Assembly (NCBI GenBank): GCA_045589295.1
Contig: JAZNOU010000012.1
Coordinates: 128,001-192,000, forward strand
Direction: 5' to 3'
From: Clostridia bacterium
GTDB lineage: Bacteria > Bacillota > Clostridia > RGIG6154
Length of the DNA: 64,000 nt
The position numbers were made by a program, and so were the translations under genes. The notes beneath the pieces were generated by a model. It was not told where the DNA came from, did no database searches, and saw nothing but the letters and a program-made list of their open reading frames with translations. Positions 11,201 to 21,567 of the stretch are shown here, in pieces; the first letter of the stretch is position 1; each line of letters begins with the position of its first letter.

Positions 11201-11675
11201 TGCTGGAATAGTTTCGTCGAGAAAAATAAAATACACCAAGAAAAACGAAGAAATGGCATTTATTTCTTTAGAGGACAAGCTTGGTTCGGTTGAACTTGTG
11301 GCTTTTCCTAAAGTGTTTGCAGAGTTTAAAAAGAACTTGGCAGAGGGTACGGTTATTGTTGCAAAGGGCAGACTTCAGATAAGAGATGAGCAAGACAGTA
11401 CAGTCATTTTAAACCACGTAACAGAGCTTAAATCAAATGTAAAACCAAGAAGACTTTATATAAGATTTGAAAAAGGACAGACTCACTCAGAAGAAGAAAT
11501 TTTAGCGGTTTTGGATAAGTACAAAGGGGATATTCCCGTTATACTTTACGACGAGAAAACAAAGGTTACCAAAACGGCAAGAGCCGACCATTTTGTTACA
11601 ATCAGCGACAGGCTTATTGATGAACTCTCTGATATTTTAGGTGCAAGAAACGTTAAAATCACGGGAAATTCGTGA
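8235..11675 (+). CDS. dnaE: DNA polymerase III alpha subunit
   Basis: PHP HLHVHSQYSLLDG, GPGRGSAAGS, MPDIDMDF, FNKSHAAAY. Confidence 0.97.
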   Translation: MAFVHLHVHSQYSLLDGACKITDLVDKVKALGQTAVAITDHGAMYGAVDFYKYAKKQGIKPIIGCEVYTAKRNLEDKTAELDSDYGHLVLLAENQTGYKNLIKLVSIGFTDGFYYKPRIDMKTLKKYSEGIIALSACLAGDVPGRLVKDDYEGAKQKAKEYLEIFGKENYFIELQNHGIEEQIKINPLLLKLANELGVETVVTNDVHYINKKDAFAQDVLMCIQMNKLVTDETRLKHETSEFYLKSEEEMKKVFPNLEKSFENTAEIAKRCNVEFDFSQRFLPEFPVPEDYTSEQYLRHQCALGLKKRYGENNNEAKQRLEYELSVISSMGFVDYFLIVWDVIKYAKDNGIPVGPGRGSAAGSIVSYCLEITDIDPIKYSLFFERFLNSERVSMPDIDMDFCYERRQEVLDYVTQKYGENRVAQIITFGTMKARNAVRDVGRALGYPYAMCDEIAKLIPKELNITIESSLEKSKELKMRYDEDDEVRKLIDTAITLEGMPRHASTHAAGVVITKDPVSTYVPLYRNGDLISTQYTMVTLEELGLLKMDFLGLRTLTVIKHAANLSGENLDMGKIDYSDAKVYEMIGNGDTEGVFQLESGGMKRFMRELKPKSLEDIIAGISLYRPGPMDSIPTYVKNKNNPDEVTYLHPMLKPILDVTYGCIVYQEQVMEIVKQLAGFSMGGADMVRRAMSKKKAAEMEKARNEFLHGKKDENGNVLVDGAIRRGIDEKVAGEIIDHIMSFASYAFNKSHAAAYAVVAYQTAYLKCHYPVAFMAALMSSFLEDTDKITEYIELCKKMGMEVKKPDVNKSFLEFSVEDNNIRFGLAAVKNVGRNFVKALTDEREQGGEFETFNQFVERMIKYDSFNKRAVESLILSGSMDCFGLNRSQLVFIYERLIDAKTDDMKRVSENQMSFFADDKPTEVEIPKLDEMDLMLRLSHEKQTLGIYISGHPVERYKEQYKPLVNCNTLDIKRTAFEEETDLKDGDLVAFAGIVSSRKIKYTKKNEEMAFISLEDKLGSVELVAFPKVFAEFKKNLAEGTVIVAKGRLQIRDEQDSTVILNHVTELKSNVKPRRLYIRFEKGQTHSEEEILAVLDKYKGDIPVILYDEKTKVTKTARADHFVTISDRLIDELSDILGARNVKITGNS

Positions 11676-11694
11676 CTTTTGGAGTATTTTGCCC

Positions 11695-11723
11695 TTGACA
11701 GAGGGAAAAAGTTATTATATAAT
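11695..11723 (+). promoter_or_regulatory. Sigma-A promoter for ftsZ
   Basis: TTGACA-17 nt-TATAAT. Confidence 0.85.
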
Positions 11724-11825
11724 AAGTAATAATAGCCGATTTATGCACTTTTGCATATTTCACATATTTGACAAAAAAATTAAAAATACTTAATAAAAAG
11801 ATGTAATTCGTTAGGAGGAAAACAC

Positions 11826-12962
11826 ATGGCAATCGATTTTGTTGCTGACGGCATGAACGTTACACAGATTAAAGTTGTAGGCTGCGGTGGCGGCGGAAAC
11901 AACGCTGTTAACACAATGGTTCGTGCAGGTTTAAAAGGTGTTGAGTTTATCGCAATCAACACAGATAAGCAGGCTTTACTTACTTCTGAGGCAGACGTTA
12001 AAATACAGATTGGCGAAAAGATTACAAAGGGTTTGGGCGCAGGTGCTAATCCTGAAATCGGTGCTAAAGCTGCAGAAGAAAGCCTTGAAGAAATTTCTCA
12101 GGTATTAAAAGGCGCAGATATGGTATTTGTTACTGCTGGTATGGGTGGCGGAACAGGTACAGGTTCAGCTCCGGTTGTTGCAAAGCTCGCAAGAGAAATG
12201 GGTATTTTAACAGTTGGTGTTGTAACAAAGCCTTTCTCATTTGAAGGTCAGCTCAGAGCTAAAAACGCTGCATCAGGAATTGAAAACTTAAAAGACAGTG
12301 TTGATACACTTATCACAATTCCAAATGACAAGCTTTTTGAAATCGCTCAGAAAAATACACTTTTAACAGACGCATTTGCAGTTGCAAATGATATTTTAAG
12401 ACAGGGTGTTCAGAGTATTTCTGATATTATCACAGGTCACGGATACATTAACCTTGACTTTGCTGACGTTAAGACAATCATGAAAGATTCTGGTTATGCT
12501 CATATGGGTATCGGCAGAGCAAAGGGCGACAATCGTGCAGAAGAAGCGGCACTTGCTGCTATCAACAGCCCAATCTTAGAAACTTCTATCGATGGTGCAA
12601 GAGGCGTACTCTTAAAAATTACAGGTGCAAGCCTTGGCATCTTGGAAGTTCGTCAGGCTGCAGAACTTATTCAGCAGTATGTTGACCCATCAGCTAACAT
12701 CATCTTTGGTGCTACTATTGATGAAAGCCTTGGTGAAGAAATCGAAATCACTGTTATTGCAACAGGTTTTGACACTAGAAAAGGCGGTCTTCCGTTTGGA
12801 CAGAAAAAAACTGAAGAAGGCCCTTACGTTCGTCCTACAGGCTCAATATTTGAAACTTTAAAGCAGGAAAATGCTGAAAAAGAAACAAAGAAAGAAGCGC
12901 CAGCTGAAAAAGATGACGAATACGAAATTCCTAACTTTTTAAAGTGGAATAAAAACGACTAA
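11826..12962 (+). CDS. ftsZ: Cell division protein FtsZ
   Basis: [17 protein letters not shown] tubulin signature, NLDFADV, C-terminal EIPNFLK. Confidence 0.98.
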   Translation: MAIDFVADGMNVTQIKVVGCGGGGNNAVNTMVRAGLKGVEFIAINTDKQALLTSEADVKIQIGEKITKGLGAGANPEIGAKAAEESLEEISQVLKGADMVFVTAGMGGGTGTGSAPVVAKLAREMGILTVGVVTKPFSFEGQLRAKNAASGIENLKDSVDTLITIPNDKLFEIAQKNTLLTDAFAVANDILRQGVQSISDIITGHGYINLDFADVKTIMKDSGYAHMGIGRAKGDNRAEEAALAAINSPILETSIDGARGVLLKITGASLGILEVRQAAELIQQYVDPSANIIFGATIDESLGEEIEITVIATGFDTRKGGLPFGQKKTEEGPYVRPTGSIFETLKQENAEKETKKEAPAEKDDEYEIPNFLKWNKND

Positions 12963-12965
12963 TCT

Positions 12966-13010
12966 AAAAAAAAGCACCGCAAGAAAGTATCGCTTGCGGT
13001 GTTTTTTTAT
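12966..13010. terminator. Bidirectional intrinsic terminator
   Basis: A tract, caccgcaag ... cttgcggtg, T tract; between convergent genes. Confidence 0.85.
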
Positions 13011-13016
13011 GCAGTT

Positions 13017-13190
13017 TTATTTATTTTCTTGTTCAAAAAAATGTTCTAAAATACTGATTATAACATTATTGAAGCTTGTTTCATTTTCTATTGCCATTTT
13101 ATTAACCTTTTCAGCCAGAACATCAGAAATGTAAAGAGTTTTATATCCGGCTTTAACCTTTTGTTTTGTAGGTTTAAGTTTAAATTCCAT
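13017..13190 (-). CDS. Small ribbon-helix-helix (CopG/Arc-like) protein, 57 aa
   Basis: ATG at 13190 with GAGGTG RBS; KTLYIS strand then two helices (SFNNVIISIL); the track's longer start is unlikely. Confidence 0.65.
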   Translation of the reverse strand: MEFKLKPTKQKVKAGYKTLYISDVLAEKVNKMAIENETSFNNVIISILEHFFEQENK

Positions 13191-13299
13191 GTAATTCACC
13201 TCTGGATATATTTTAATATAAAACAAAACATTATAATATATTTTAAATTTCTGTTGTATTTTTAACATTTATATGCTAAAATATGTATGAGGTGATAAT

Positions 13300-13539
13300 A
13301 TGGATTTAAGATTAGAGCTTATTTCAAAAGAGCTTATGTCAAGGATTTGTGAAGAAATAAAGGGTATTGACATTGACGTTAATCAGATAGCACAAAGTGC
13401 GGCTATAACTGTATTGGAAAGAATAAAAAAAGTAATAATCACAGATGATGATGTACTTGATGATTGCGAGAAAATTGACAAAATACTTTATATTTTTGAA
13501 GAATATAATATTGAAACAGGTTCGTGTCATGATTATTAA
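13300..13539 (+). CDS. Small acidic hypothetical protein
   Basis: GAGGTG RBS; 79 aa; divergent from the RHH gene. Confidence 0.65.
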   Translation: MDLRLELISKELMSRICEEIKGIDIDVNQIAQSAAITVLERIKKVIITDDDVLDDCEKIDKILYIFEEYNIETGSCHDY

Positions 13540-13574
13540 AAAATACCCCCCACACTTTGTGGGGGGATTTTTTC
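13538..13574. terminator. Bidirectional terminator at the leuS 3' end
   Basis: ccccccaca ... tgtgggggg flanked by A and T tracts. Confidence 0.8.
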
Positions 13575-13579
13575 GTGTT

Positions 13580-15991
13580 TTATCTTACAACTACGTTTAC
13601 AAGCTTGTTAGGAACTGCAATTACTTTTACAATTTGCTTTCCTTCGGTAAGCTCTTTAATTTTTTCATTTTCAGTTGCAATTTTTTCCAGGTCTTCTTTC
13701 GAAGTTCCTGCAGGAACATTTATTTTATCTTTGATTTTGCCGTTAATCTGAACAACAATTTCAATTTCAGCATCAATTGTCTTTGCCTCGTCATATTTAG
13801 GCCATGGTGTTGCCGCAATTGTATTTTCAAAGCCTAAGATTTCCCACATTTCTTCTGTGATATGAGGTGCGGTTGGATTTAAGAGCTGAATAAATGTTTT
13901 AAGTTCACCCTTGGTAATAGATTTTTTCTTATAAAAATCATTAATGAGTGCCATAAGAGCAGCAATAGCAGTATTAAACTTCATTTTTTCGATATCGTCA
14001 GATACTTTTTTAATTGTTTTGTGCATACTGCTTTCTAATTCTTTTGAATATCCATTTTCATCAGTTACAAAGTCTAAAAGCCCCCAAACTCTCTCTAAGA
14101 ATTTATGGCAACCTTTAACGCCCTGTTCTGACCATGGTGTTGCCAGGTCAAACGCACCTATAAACATTTCATAGGTTCTGAAAGTATCAGCACCATAGTT
14201 TTCAACAATTTCGTCGGGGTTTACAACGTTTCCTCTTGATTTAGACATCTTTTCGCCGTTTGCACCCAAAATCATACCATGGCTTGTGCGTTTTGCGTAA
14301 GGCTCTTTTGTGTTTACTACGCCGATATCATATAAGAATTTGTGCCAGAATCTTGAATACAAAAGGTGAAGTGTGGTGTGTTCCATACCGCCGTTGTACC
14401 AGTCAACAGGCATCCAGTAATCCAAAAGCTCTTTTGCAGCAAGTGCATCATTATTATCAGGGTCGATATATCTTAAGAAATACCAAGAAGATCCTGCCCA
14501 CTGAGGCATTGTATCTGTTTCCCTTTTAGCTTTAGCACCACACTTAGGACAAACTGTTTCAACCCAGTCTGTCATTTTAGCAAGTGGTGACTGACCATCA
14601 TCGGTAGGTTCGTAGTTTTCAACTTCGGGAAGTGTTAAAGGAAGCTCGCTTTCAGGAATCGGAACGTAACCGCAGTGCTCACAGTGAACAAGCGGAATAG
14701 GTTCGCCCCAATAACGCTGTCTTGAGAACACCCAGTCGCGAAGCTTGTAGTTAACTTTTTTCTTGCCAACACCTTTTTCTGATAAAAATTCAATCATTTT
14801 GGCGATTGCATCTTTAACCTGAAGGCCGTTTAAAAAGCCTGAGTTTATCAATGTGCCTTCGCTCACATCGGTAAACGCTTCTTTTTCTAAATCACAGTCA
14901 TCGCCTGCAACAACCTGAATAATAGGAAGATTGAATTTTTTTGCAAATTCAAAGTCACGTGTGTCGTGTGCTGGAACTGCCATAATAGCGCCTGTTCCGT
15001 AAGTCATCAAAACGTAGTCTGAAATCCAGATAGGGATTTCTTTATCTGTTACGGGGTTGATTGCACGGATGCCTTTGATTTCAACGCCTGTTTTGTCTTT
15101 TGCAAGCTCAACACGTTCAAAATCTGATTTTTTGGCAGCCTCTGCCTGATAAGCCTTAACCTCGTCTAAGTTTTCAATTTTATCTTTATATTTTTCAATA
15201 ATCGGATGCTCAGGTGAGATAACCATGTATGTAGCTCCGAAAAGTGTATCTGCACGGGTTGTATAAACTGTAAGATTTTCGCCTGTAGTAAGCGCAAAAT
15301 CAATTTCAGCGCCCTCAGAACGTCCTATCCAGTTTTTTTGCTGAATTTTAACCTTTTCAATAAAGTCAAGCTCATCTAAATCGTCAATAAGTCTTTGAGC
15401 ATACTCTGTGATTTTAAGCATCCACTGGCTCTTTAACTTTTGCACAACTTCGCCGCCGCAACGTTCACAAACACCGTTAACAACTTCTTCGTTGGCAAGA
15501 CCGCATTTGCAGCTTGTACACCAGTTAACAGGCATTTCCTGTTTGTAAGCAAGACCTTTTTCAAATAATTTAAGGAAAATCCACTGTGTCCATTTAAAAT
15601 ATTTGGGGTCGGTTGTATTTACTTCTTTTGACCAGTCAAAAGAAAAACCAATACTTTTAAGCTGACGCTTGAAGTTTGCAATATTTTGGGCTGTAACATC
15701 TTTTGGATGAACTTTGTTTTTTATAGCAAAGTTTTCTGTCGGAAGTCCGAAAGCATCCCAACCCATAGGGTACAAAACATTGTATCCTTCCATACGTTTT
15801 TTTCTTGAAACTATATCAAGTGCGGTATAGCTTCTTGGGTGACCAACGTGAAGTCCGTGACCTGACGGGTAGGGGAATTCAACAAGACCGTAAAATTTAG
15901 GCTTTGAAAGGTCTGTGCCTGATTTAAAGGTCTGGTTGTCGTCCCAGTATTTTTGCCATTTTTTTTCAATTTCATTAAATTTGTAATCCAT
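13580..15991 (-). CDS. leuS: Leucine-tRNA ligase
   Basis: [24 protein letters not shown]. Confidence 0.97.
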   Translation of the reverse strand: MDYKFNEIEKKWQKYWDDNQTFKSGTDLSKPKFYGLVEFPYPSGHGLHVGHPRSYTALDIVSRKKRMEGYNVLYPMGWDAFGLPTENFAIKNKVHPKDVTAQNIANFKRQLKSIGFSFDWSKEVNTTDPKYFKWTQWIFLKLFEKGLAYKQEMPVNWCTSCKCGLANEEVVNGVCERCGGEVVQKLKSQWMLKITEYAQRLIDDLDELDFIEKVKIQQKNWIGRSEGAEIDFALTTGENLTVYTTRADTLFGATYMVISPEHPIIEKYKDKIENLDEVKAYQAEAAKKSDFERVELAKDKTGVEIKGIRAINPVTDKEIPIWISDYVLMTYGTGAIMAVPAHDTRDFEFAKKFNLPIIQVVAGDDCDLEKEAFTDVSEGTLINSGFLNGLQVKDAIAKMIEFLSEKGVGKKKVNYKLRDWVFSRQRYWGEPIPLVHCEHCGYVPIPESELPLTLPEVENYEPTDDGQSPLAKMTDWVETVCPKCGAKAKRETDTMPQWAGSSWYFLRYIDPDNNDALAAKELLDYWMPVDWYNGGMEHTTLHLLYSRFWHKFLYDIGVVNTKEPYAKRTSHGMILGANGEKMSKSRGNVVNPDEIVENYGADTFRTYEMFIGAFDLATPWSEQGVKGCHKFLERVWGLLDFVTDENGYSKELESSMHKTIKKVSDDIEKMKFNTAIAALMALINDFYKKKSITKGELKTFIQLLNPTAPHITEEMWEILGFENTIAATPWPKYDEAKTIDAEIEIVVQINGKIKDKINVPAGTSKEDLEKIATENEKIKELTEGKQIVKVIAVPNKLVNVVVR

Positions 15992-16016
15992 TATCCTTAA
16001 GTCCTTTCGGAAAAGT

Positions 16017-16373
16017 TTAATCTATAAGCCAGTTTGATATATCAACTTCTTGAGCATCTGACCACAAACGCTCTAAACTGTAAAACATTCTGGAGTCTTT
16101 TAAAAACAGGTGGACAACAGCAAAGCCATAGTCCAAAAGAATCCATGAAGCGCTGTCGTATCCTTCAATGTGGAGAGGCTTGATGTCATCTTTTGCAAGC
16201 TCAAACTCAATTTCACCAGCGAGCGCTTTTAACTGAGTTGTGTTAGATGCGCTTGCAATAACAAAATAGTCAGACAAAACTGTAAGTTCGTCAATTTTTA
16301 AAAGCGTAATATCGCTTGCTTTTTTGCTATCTAAGGTTTTTATAATTTTTTCGACTGATGTCAAAATTTCCAT
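16017..16373 (-). CDS. rsfS: Ribosome silencing factor RsfS
   Basis: [34 protein letters not shown]. Confidence 0.95.
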   Translation of the reverse strand: MEILTSVEKIIKTLDSKKASDITLLKIDELTVLSDYFVIASASNTTQLKALAGEIEFELAKDDIKPLHIEGYDSASWILLDYGFAVVHLFLKDSRMFYSLERLWSDAQEVDISNWLID

Positions 16374-16407
16374 ACATTACCTCCGTGGGTTTAATACTAT
16401 TATTTTA

Positions 16408-16974
16408 TCACATTTGACCTGATTTAGTCAACAAAAAATTCCTTGTTTTTACAGACGGATAGTGTATTTTTTTGTTTGTTTTTATAAGGTGCAAAAGCGT
16501 TGAGTTAAGACAAGCCAGAACTGCCTTGTCAAGGTCAGTTTTTGCAAGCGTCTTAATTTCATCAAGACCTGAAAAATCCCTTGATGGTTCTATCATATCA
16601 GACAAAAAAACTATTTTTTCAAGTTTTGTCATATTCTCTCTTCCTGTTGTGTGATATCTGCAGGCGTTATAAACCTCAACAGGAACGCAAAAAAGATTTT
16701 TTGCAAGCTCAGCCCCTGCAATTGCATGCATCATAGCTTTTGAACACCTGATGCTTTCATCAAGGTCGAGCTCTTTGGTGATTTCATTCATCTGCTGTAA
16801 AGTAAGCTCTTTTGCAATATCGTGAAGATACCCTGACATTTCCGCATAAAGCTCATTTTCACCGTAAAAGCACGCAAGGTCCTTTGCAGTTTTTGCAACA
16901 CCTGTTATATGAATAAATCTTTTCTCTGAGAGATTATTTTTTACATATTCTATAATTTCAGTTAAATCGGTCAA
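16408..16974 (-). CDS. yqeK: HD-domain Ap4A hydrolase YqeK
   Basis: RFIH, LHDIAK, YHTTG, DMIEPSR; nadD-yqeK-rsfS synteny. Confidence 0.88.
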   Translation of the reverse strand: MTDLTEIIEYVKNNLSEKRFIHITGVAKTAKDLACFYGENELYAEMSGYLHDIAKELTLQQMNEITKELDLDESIRCSKAMMHAIAGAELAKNLFCVPVEVYNACRYHTTGRENMTKLEKIVFLSDMIEPSRDFSGLDEIKTLAKTDLDKAVLACLNSTLLHLIKTNKKIHYPSVKTRNFLLTKSGQM

Positions 16975-16975
16975 T

Positions 16976-17572
16976 TTATTCGCTCCTTAAATATAAACCA
17001 TGGGTTTTGATATAATCTGCGACTTCTTTTGGTACAAGGCCTGATATGTCTCCATTCTGCTGGACAATACTGCGCACCAAAGTTGAAGAAATATCGGGAG
17101 TTTTAACATCTACCACAAAAGCGCTTGCAAGAGATAAAATTTCTTCAAAAAGCTGTTTGTTTTTGTTGTCTTTAAAAAAACCGTTTCTGTCAATTGCAAT
17201 GAACTTGAATTTTTGTATCAAATCGTCACTTCTGTACCATTTTTTTAAAGATAAAAACATATCAGCTCCTGTAATAAAGTAAAACTCATCATCGGGGTTT
17301 TGCTTAGATAAACAAGTTAATGTGTCATAAGTGTAATTTGTTTGTTTATTTAGTTCAATGTCCGATGTAAAAGTTTTGATGTTATCACATACAAGCGACA
17401 CCATATTAAATCGGTGAATAGCACTTGTTTTTATTTCTGATTTGTGGGGTGGGTTTCCGGCCACTACAAACATAATTTTATCGACAATTTGGCTTTGTAA
17501 AATTGCCTCTGCCATTTTTATGTGTCCGTTGTGGATAGGATTAAATGTTCCCCCAAAAACACCTGTTCTCAT
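16976..17572 (-). CDS. nadD: Nicotinate-nucleotide adenylyltransferase
   Basis: GGTFNPIHNGH, PPHK, GADM, ISSTLVR. Confidence 0.93.
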   Translation of the reverse strand: MRTGVFGGTFNPIHNGHIKMAEAILQSQIVDKIMFVVAGNPPHKSEIKTSAIHRFNMVSLVCDNIKTFTSDIELNKQTNYTYDTLTCLSKQNPDDEFYFITGADMFLSLKKWYRSDDLIQKFKFIAIDRNGFFKDNKNKQLFEEILSLASAFVVDVKTPDISSTLVRSIVQQNGDISGLVPKEVADYIKTHGLYLRSE

Positions 17573-17581
17573 AATTTCACC

Positions 17582-18850
17582 TTAGTAAATAAACTCAAAT
17601 TCAAGGTCATACATACGAACCAAGTCGCCTTCTTTGATACCCCTTGCTTCAAGAGCTTTTATAACACCATTTTTACGCAGGGAGTTTTGGAAATAACTTA
17701 AGGATTCGTAGTCTTCCAAGTTACAAGAACCAAGAAGTTTCTTGATATAGTCGCCCTCAACCACATAAACACCATTGTCATTTACAACAGTAAACGGAGT
17801 TTCTTTTTCAAATGTATAAACCTTTGTTTCAGGTTGTTCAATTTCAATTTCAGGGACAGGAATGTCTTTTAGCATACTTCCTGCATACATTATAAGTTCT
17901 CTGACACCTGATTTAGTTGCGGCTGAAATTTCAAAAACTTTAAAGCCCCTGTTTTCAATTTCAGCTTTAAAATCGTCATACATTTTCTGGTCGGTTAAAA
18001 TATCTGTTTTATTCGCGGCAACAATTTGCATACGATTTTCTAAGTCCGCATTATAGCTTTTTAGTTCGTTGTTAATGGTATCAAAATCTTCTATGGGATT
18101 TCTGCCCTCAATTCCTGAAACGTCAACAACGTGAATTAAGAGTCTTGTTCTTTCAACGTGACGCAAAAATTCGTGACCTAAGCCCAATCCTTCGCTTGCA
18201 CCTTCGATAAGTCCCGGAATATCTGCAACTACAAAGCTTTCGCCTTCGCCTGCTTTTACAACGCCGAGGTTTGGAACGAGTGTTGTAAAGTGATAGTTTG
18301 CAATTTTAGGTTTAGCATCGCTTACAACAGATAAAAGTGTTGACTTTCCTACATTTGGAAATCCTACAAGGCCAACATCAGCTAAAAGCTTAAGTTCAAG
18401 TTCCAACTCTTTTTCTTCACCGGCAAGACCCAGTTTTGCAAATTTGGGTGCTTGTCTTGTTGCGGTTGCAAAATGACAGTTACCCCAACCACCGTTTCCG
18501 CCTTTTGCGGCAATAAACTCACTTTCTTTGGAGTTAAGGTCTGCAATAACCTTGCCGTTTTCTTTTATAACTGTTCCCACAGGAACTTTTATATATAAAT
18601 TTTCGCCGCTTTTACCATTACAACGGGCAGCACCACCGTCAGCACCATTTGCGGCGGCATATTTTTTCTTATATTTAAAATCAAGCAGGGTGGATAAATT
18701 ATTATCGGTAACAAAAATTACGCTGCCGCCTTTTCCACCGTCACCACCATCGGGACCGCCTGCTGCAACATATTTTTCACGGTGAAATGACATACTGCCG
18801 TGACCACCGTTTCCTGCTTTTACATATATTTTCGCTTTATCTGTAAACAT
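17582..18850 (-). CDS. obgE: GTPase Obg
   Basis: Gly-rich Obg domain, GFPNVGKS, YHFTT, DIPG, NKTD. Confidence 0.97.
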   Translation of the reverse strand: MFTDKAKIYVKAGNGGHGSMSFHREKYVAAGGPDGGDGGKGGSVIFVTDNNLSTLLDFKYKKKYAAANGADGGAARCNGKSGENLYIKVPVGTVIKENGKVIADLNSKESEFIAAKGGNGGWGNCHFATATRQAPKFAKLGLAGEEKELELELKLLADVGLVGFPNVGKSTLLSVVSDAKPKIANYHFTTLVPNLGVVKAGEGESFVVADIPGLIEGASEGLGLGHEFLRHVERTRLLIHVVDVSGIEGRNPIEDFDTINNELKSYNADLENRMQIVAANKTDILTDQKMYDDFKAEIENRGFKVFEISAATKSGVRELIMYAGSMLKDIPVPEIEIEQPETKVYTFEKETPFTVVNDNGVYVVEGDYIKKLLGSCNLEDYESLSYFQNSLRKNGVIKALEARGIKEGDLVRMYDLEFEFIY

Positions 18851-18875
18851 AGTATCATACCTTTCTCAAGGATGT

Positions 18876-18914
18876 TAAAAAAACAAGCGCCGATATTATT
18901 ATCGGCGCTGATTT
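18876..18914 (-). terminator. Terminator after rpmA
   Basis: Minus strand agcgccgata ... tatcggcgct followed by a T tract. Confidence 0.75.
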
Positions 18915-18920
18915 CGTGTA

Positions 18921-19178
18921 TTATTCTGCTGCGTAAACACTTACTTGTTTTCTTGTTTTGTCTTTTCTTTCGAATTTAACGTGTCCGTCAACAAGTGCAA
19001 AAAGTGTATCATCTCCGCCTTTTTTAACATTAAGACCGGGATGGATTTTTGTTCCTCTCTGTCTAACAAGAATGTTTCCTGCTAAAACAAACTGACCGTC
19101 AGCTCTTTTAACACCAAGTCGCTTGGATTCGGAATCTCTGCCGTTTTTGGTACTTCCGACACCTTTCTTATGAGCCAT
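18921..19178 (-). CDS. rpmA: 50S ribosomal protein L27 (short form)
   Basis: [16 protein letters not shown]; GGAGGTG RBS; in-frame TAA immediately before the ATG. Confidence 0.98.
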   Translation of the reverse strand: MAHKKGVGSTKNGRDSESKRLGVKRADGQFVLAGNILVRQRGTKIHPGLNVKKGGDDTLFALVDGHVKFERKDKTRKQVSVYAAE

Positions 19179-19216
19179 TTATTGCACCTCCATTTTACAT
19201 GCAAATTTTTAACTTA

Positions 19217-19522
19217 TTATAAGTTGATTTTTTCGATTTTAACCTTTGTATAAGGCTGTCTGTGTCCCTGCTTTTTGTGGTAGCCTTTCTTTGGCTTGTA
19301 CTTGTAAACGATAATTTTCTTATCTTTACCGTGAGCAACAACTGTTGCATCAACAGAAGCGTTTGCAGGATTAACACTGAAGTTTCCGTCTGCATCAGAT
19401 ACTGCTAAAACTTCTTCAAATTTAACAGCTTCTCCGATCGCAACATCTTTCTTTTCGATGAAAAGTGTATCGCCTTCAGAAACCTTATACTGCTTGCCGC
19501 CTGTAACGATAATAGCGTACAT
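19217..19522 (-). CDS. rplU: 50S ribosomal protein L21
   Basis: [14 protein letters not shown] ... GHRQPYT. Confidence 0.98.
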   Translation of the reverse strand: MYAIIVTGGKQYKVSEGDTLFIEKKDVAIGEAVKFEEVLAVSDADGNFSVNPANASVDATVVAHGKDKKIIVYKYKPKKGYHKKQGHRQPYTKVKIEKINL

Positions 19523-19543
19523 AACGGTTCACCTCCTAAAACA

Positions 19544-19605
19544 TTAGACTCGCTGACACAAAGGTAGCCATAAAGCATTTTAAAACCTTTATCACGCGGT
19601 TGCCG
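19544..19605 (-). promoter_or_regulatory. L21 leader (ribosomal protein autoregulatory RNA)
   Basis: Minus strand cggcaaccgcgtgataaagg ... cctttgtgtcagcgagtc stem between promoter and rplU; matches the Firmicutes L21-leader layout as recalled. Confidence 0.7.
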
Positions 19606-19609
19606 TAAT

Positions 19610-19638
19610 ATAATATCACTTTTTGGTATGTTTGTCAA
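19610..19638 (-). promoter_or_regulatory. Sigma-A promoter for rplU
   Basis: TTGACA-17 nt-TATTAT with TG extension on the minus strand. Confidence 0.8.
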
Positions 19639-19733
19639 TAGTTTTTTTATAAATTTTGGTGAAAGCTACATATATAATATATTAATGCATATTTTGAAAA
19701 TTTTGGTGCGATTTTTGTTATTTTTTTTTGAAA

Positions 19734-19760
19734 AAAGGAAATGTGAAGAAAATGTAGAAT
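19734..19760 (+). promoter_or_regulatory. Putative sigma-H promoter for dnaG-rpoD
   Basis: AAAGGAAAT-11 nt-GTAGAAT fits the SigH consensus RnAGGAWWW-N11/12-RnnGAAT. Confidence 0.6.
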
Positions 19761-19807
19761 ATATTTTAAGGCACAAAAATAGTTTATTTGTTTTCGGAGG
19801 TACGCTG

Positions 19808-21562
19808 TTGGCAATTCCAAGTCAGATTATTCAGGAGATTACTGATAAATGTGACATAGTTGACTTTATTTCAAAGTATGTTCGCCTGAAAAGAAGTTCG
19901 GGCGAATATGTGGGGTTATGCCCGTTTCACGGGGAAAAGACCCCTTCTTTTCATGTTTCGGCAGATAAACAGCTTTATCACTGCTTTGGTTGCGGTGAGG
20001 GCGGAACCATTATAAACTTTGTTATGAAGATGGAGAACTTAAGCTTTGTAGAAGCAGTTAAGTTTTTGGGAGAAAGAGTTGGGGTTGCTATCCCTGAGAC
20101 CACCGATTTTGATGATAAAGCAGCAAAAAGAAAGCAAAGGCTTTATGAAATAAATAAGGAAGCGGGAAGATTTTTTTACTCGCAACTGGGAACAGATGAG
20201 GGTAAAATTGCAAGGGAATATTTTAATGGTCGCGGACTTTCAAAAGAAACTATTGTAAAATTCGGGCTTGGCTTTGCGCCTGACAGCTGGGACAAGCTTT
20301 TTAAACACCTAAAGGCAAAAGGCTTTACCGAGTACGAGGCACTGGATGCAGGGCTTATTGTAAAAAGTCAGAAAGGTTCGGTTTACGACAGATTCAGAAA
20401 CAGAGTAATGTTTCCTATTTTTGATATAAGGGGAAATTTAATTGCATTCGGCGGACGTGTTTTAGATGATTCAAAACCCAAGTATTTAAACACAAATGAC
20501 ACGCCGGTTTTTGACAAGAGTTCAAATCTATTTGCACTTAATCTTGCAAAAAAATCTAACAATAAAACATTTGTAGTGGTAGAGGGGTATATGGACGTTA
20601 TAACCCTCCATCAGTATGGAATAGACACTGCGGTAGCATCGCTTGGAACATCACTAACTGACGGACATGCAAACCTTTTAAAAAGGTATGCTGAAGCTGT
20701 TGTACTTTGTTACGATTCAGACGAGGCGGGCGTTAAAGCAGCAAACAGGGGAATGGAAATTTTGTCAAGGCACGACATAAAAACCAAGATAATTACGTTG
20801 CCCGGCTCTAAAGATCCTGACGAATTTTGCCGTAAAAACGGTGCAGATGCGTTTTTAATGGCAATAAGCGGTGCGAAAAACCCCATTTTGTATAAAATAG
20901 GTAATTTAAAGGCAAAATATGACTTAAATGAACCCGACCAAAAAGTTGAATTTATAAAAGAAGCGGCTTTGGAGCTTGTAAAGTTAAACTCGCAGGTGGA
21001 GCAGGAAATTTATGCAAAAGAAATTTCTGTTTCCTGTGATGTTTCATTTGAATCTGTAATGGCTCAGCTAAAACAAAAACGAAAAAGCTTTGTTAAAAAA
21101 GAAACTAAGAAAGAATTAGAAGCAACAATCCGCGATTTAAGTCAGAAAACCATTGTTAAAGACGGAAAGAATATACTTTTGACAGAAACAGAAGAAAAAA
21201 TTATAAATCTTATGTTTTACAGTCATCAGGCATTTGAATTTTTGTCGGCAAAGTATAAGGAAACTGATTTTTCCGACGAGCTGTTGGGAATGATGTTCAA
21301 AAAAATCACCGAGCTTAAAATTGATAAATCAGATATTTCTGAAAGCGAATTTATTTCGCATTTTGAGATGGAAAATGCAAGCAGGATTGCAAAAATATTA
21401 AACATAAAAAACTCTTATCCGGACCCGCGTATTGCGGCAACGCAAATATCTCAGAGTTTGGATAAATTAAAAAAAGACATACAAATCAAGGACTTGGCAA
21501 AGTCGCATGATATGGAAAAAGTGAAACAAATGATTTCGGAAAGAAATCGCAAGGAGGATTAG
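19808..21562 (+). CDS. dnaG: DNA primase
   Basis: [11 protein letters not shown] zinc finger, KYLNT, VEGYMDV, YDSDEAG TOPRIM; TTG at 19808 follows GGAGG, so the track's start at 19628 is overextended. Confidence 0.96.
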   Translation: MAIPSQIIQEITDKCDIVDFISKYVRLKRSSGEYVGLCPFHGEKTPSFHVSADKQLYHCFGCGEGGTIINFVMKMENLSFVEAVKFLGERVGVAIPETTDFDDKAAKRKQRLYEINKEAGRFFYSQLGTDEGKIAREYFNGRGLSKETIVKFGLGFAPDSWDKLFKHLKAKGFTEYEALDAGLIVKSQKGSVYDRFRNRVMFPIFDIRGNLIAFGGRVLDDSKPKYLNTNDTPVFDKSSNLFALNLAKKSNNKTFVVVEGYMDVITLHQYGIDTAVASLGTSLTDGHANLLKRYAEAVVLCYDSDEAGVKAANRGMEILSRHDIKTKIITLPGSKDPDEFCRKNGADAFLMAISGAKNPILYKIGNLKAKYDLNEPDQKVEFIKEAALELVKLNSQVEQEIYAKEISVSCDVSFESVMAQLKQKRKSFVKKETKKELEATIRDLSQKTIVKDGKNILLTETEEKIINLMFYSHQAFEFLSAKYKETDFSDELLGMMFKKITELKIDKSDISESEFISHFEMENASRIAKILNIKNSYPDPRIAATQISQSLDKLKKDIQIKDLAKSHDMEKVKQMISERNRKED

Positions 21563-21567
21563 CCGAT

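Noticed and set aside
15992-16016. T-box leader for leuS
   Set aside because: Only 25 nt separate rsfS and leuS, leaving no room
19628-19807. N-terminal extension of DnaG
   Set aside because: AT-rich promoter DNA; the RBS supports TTG at 19808
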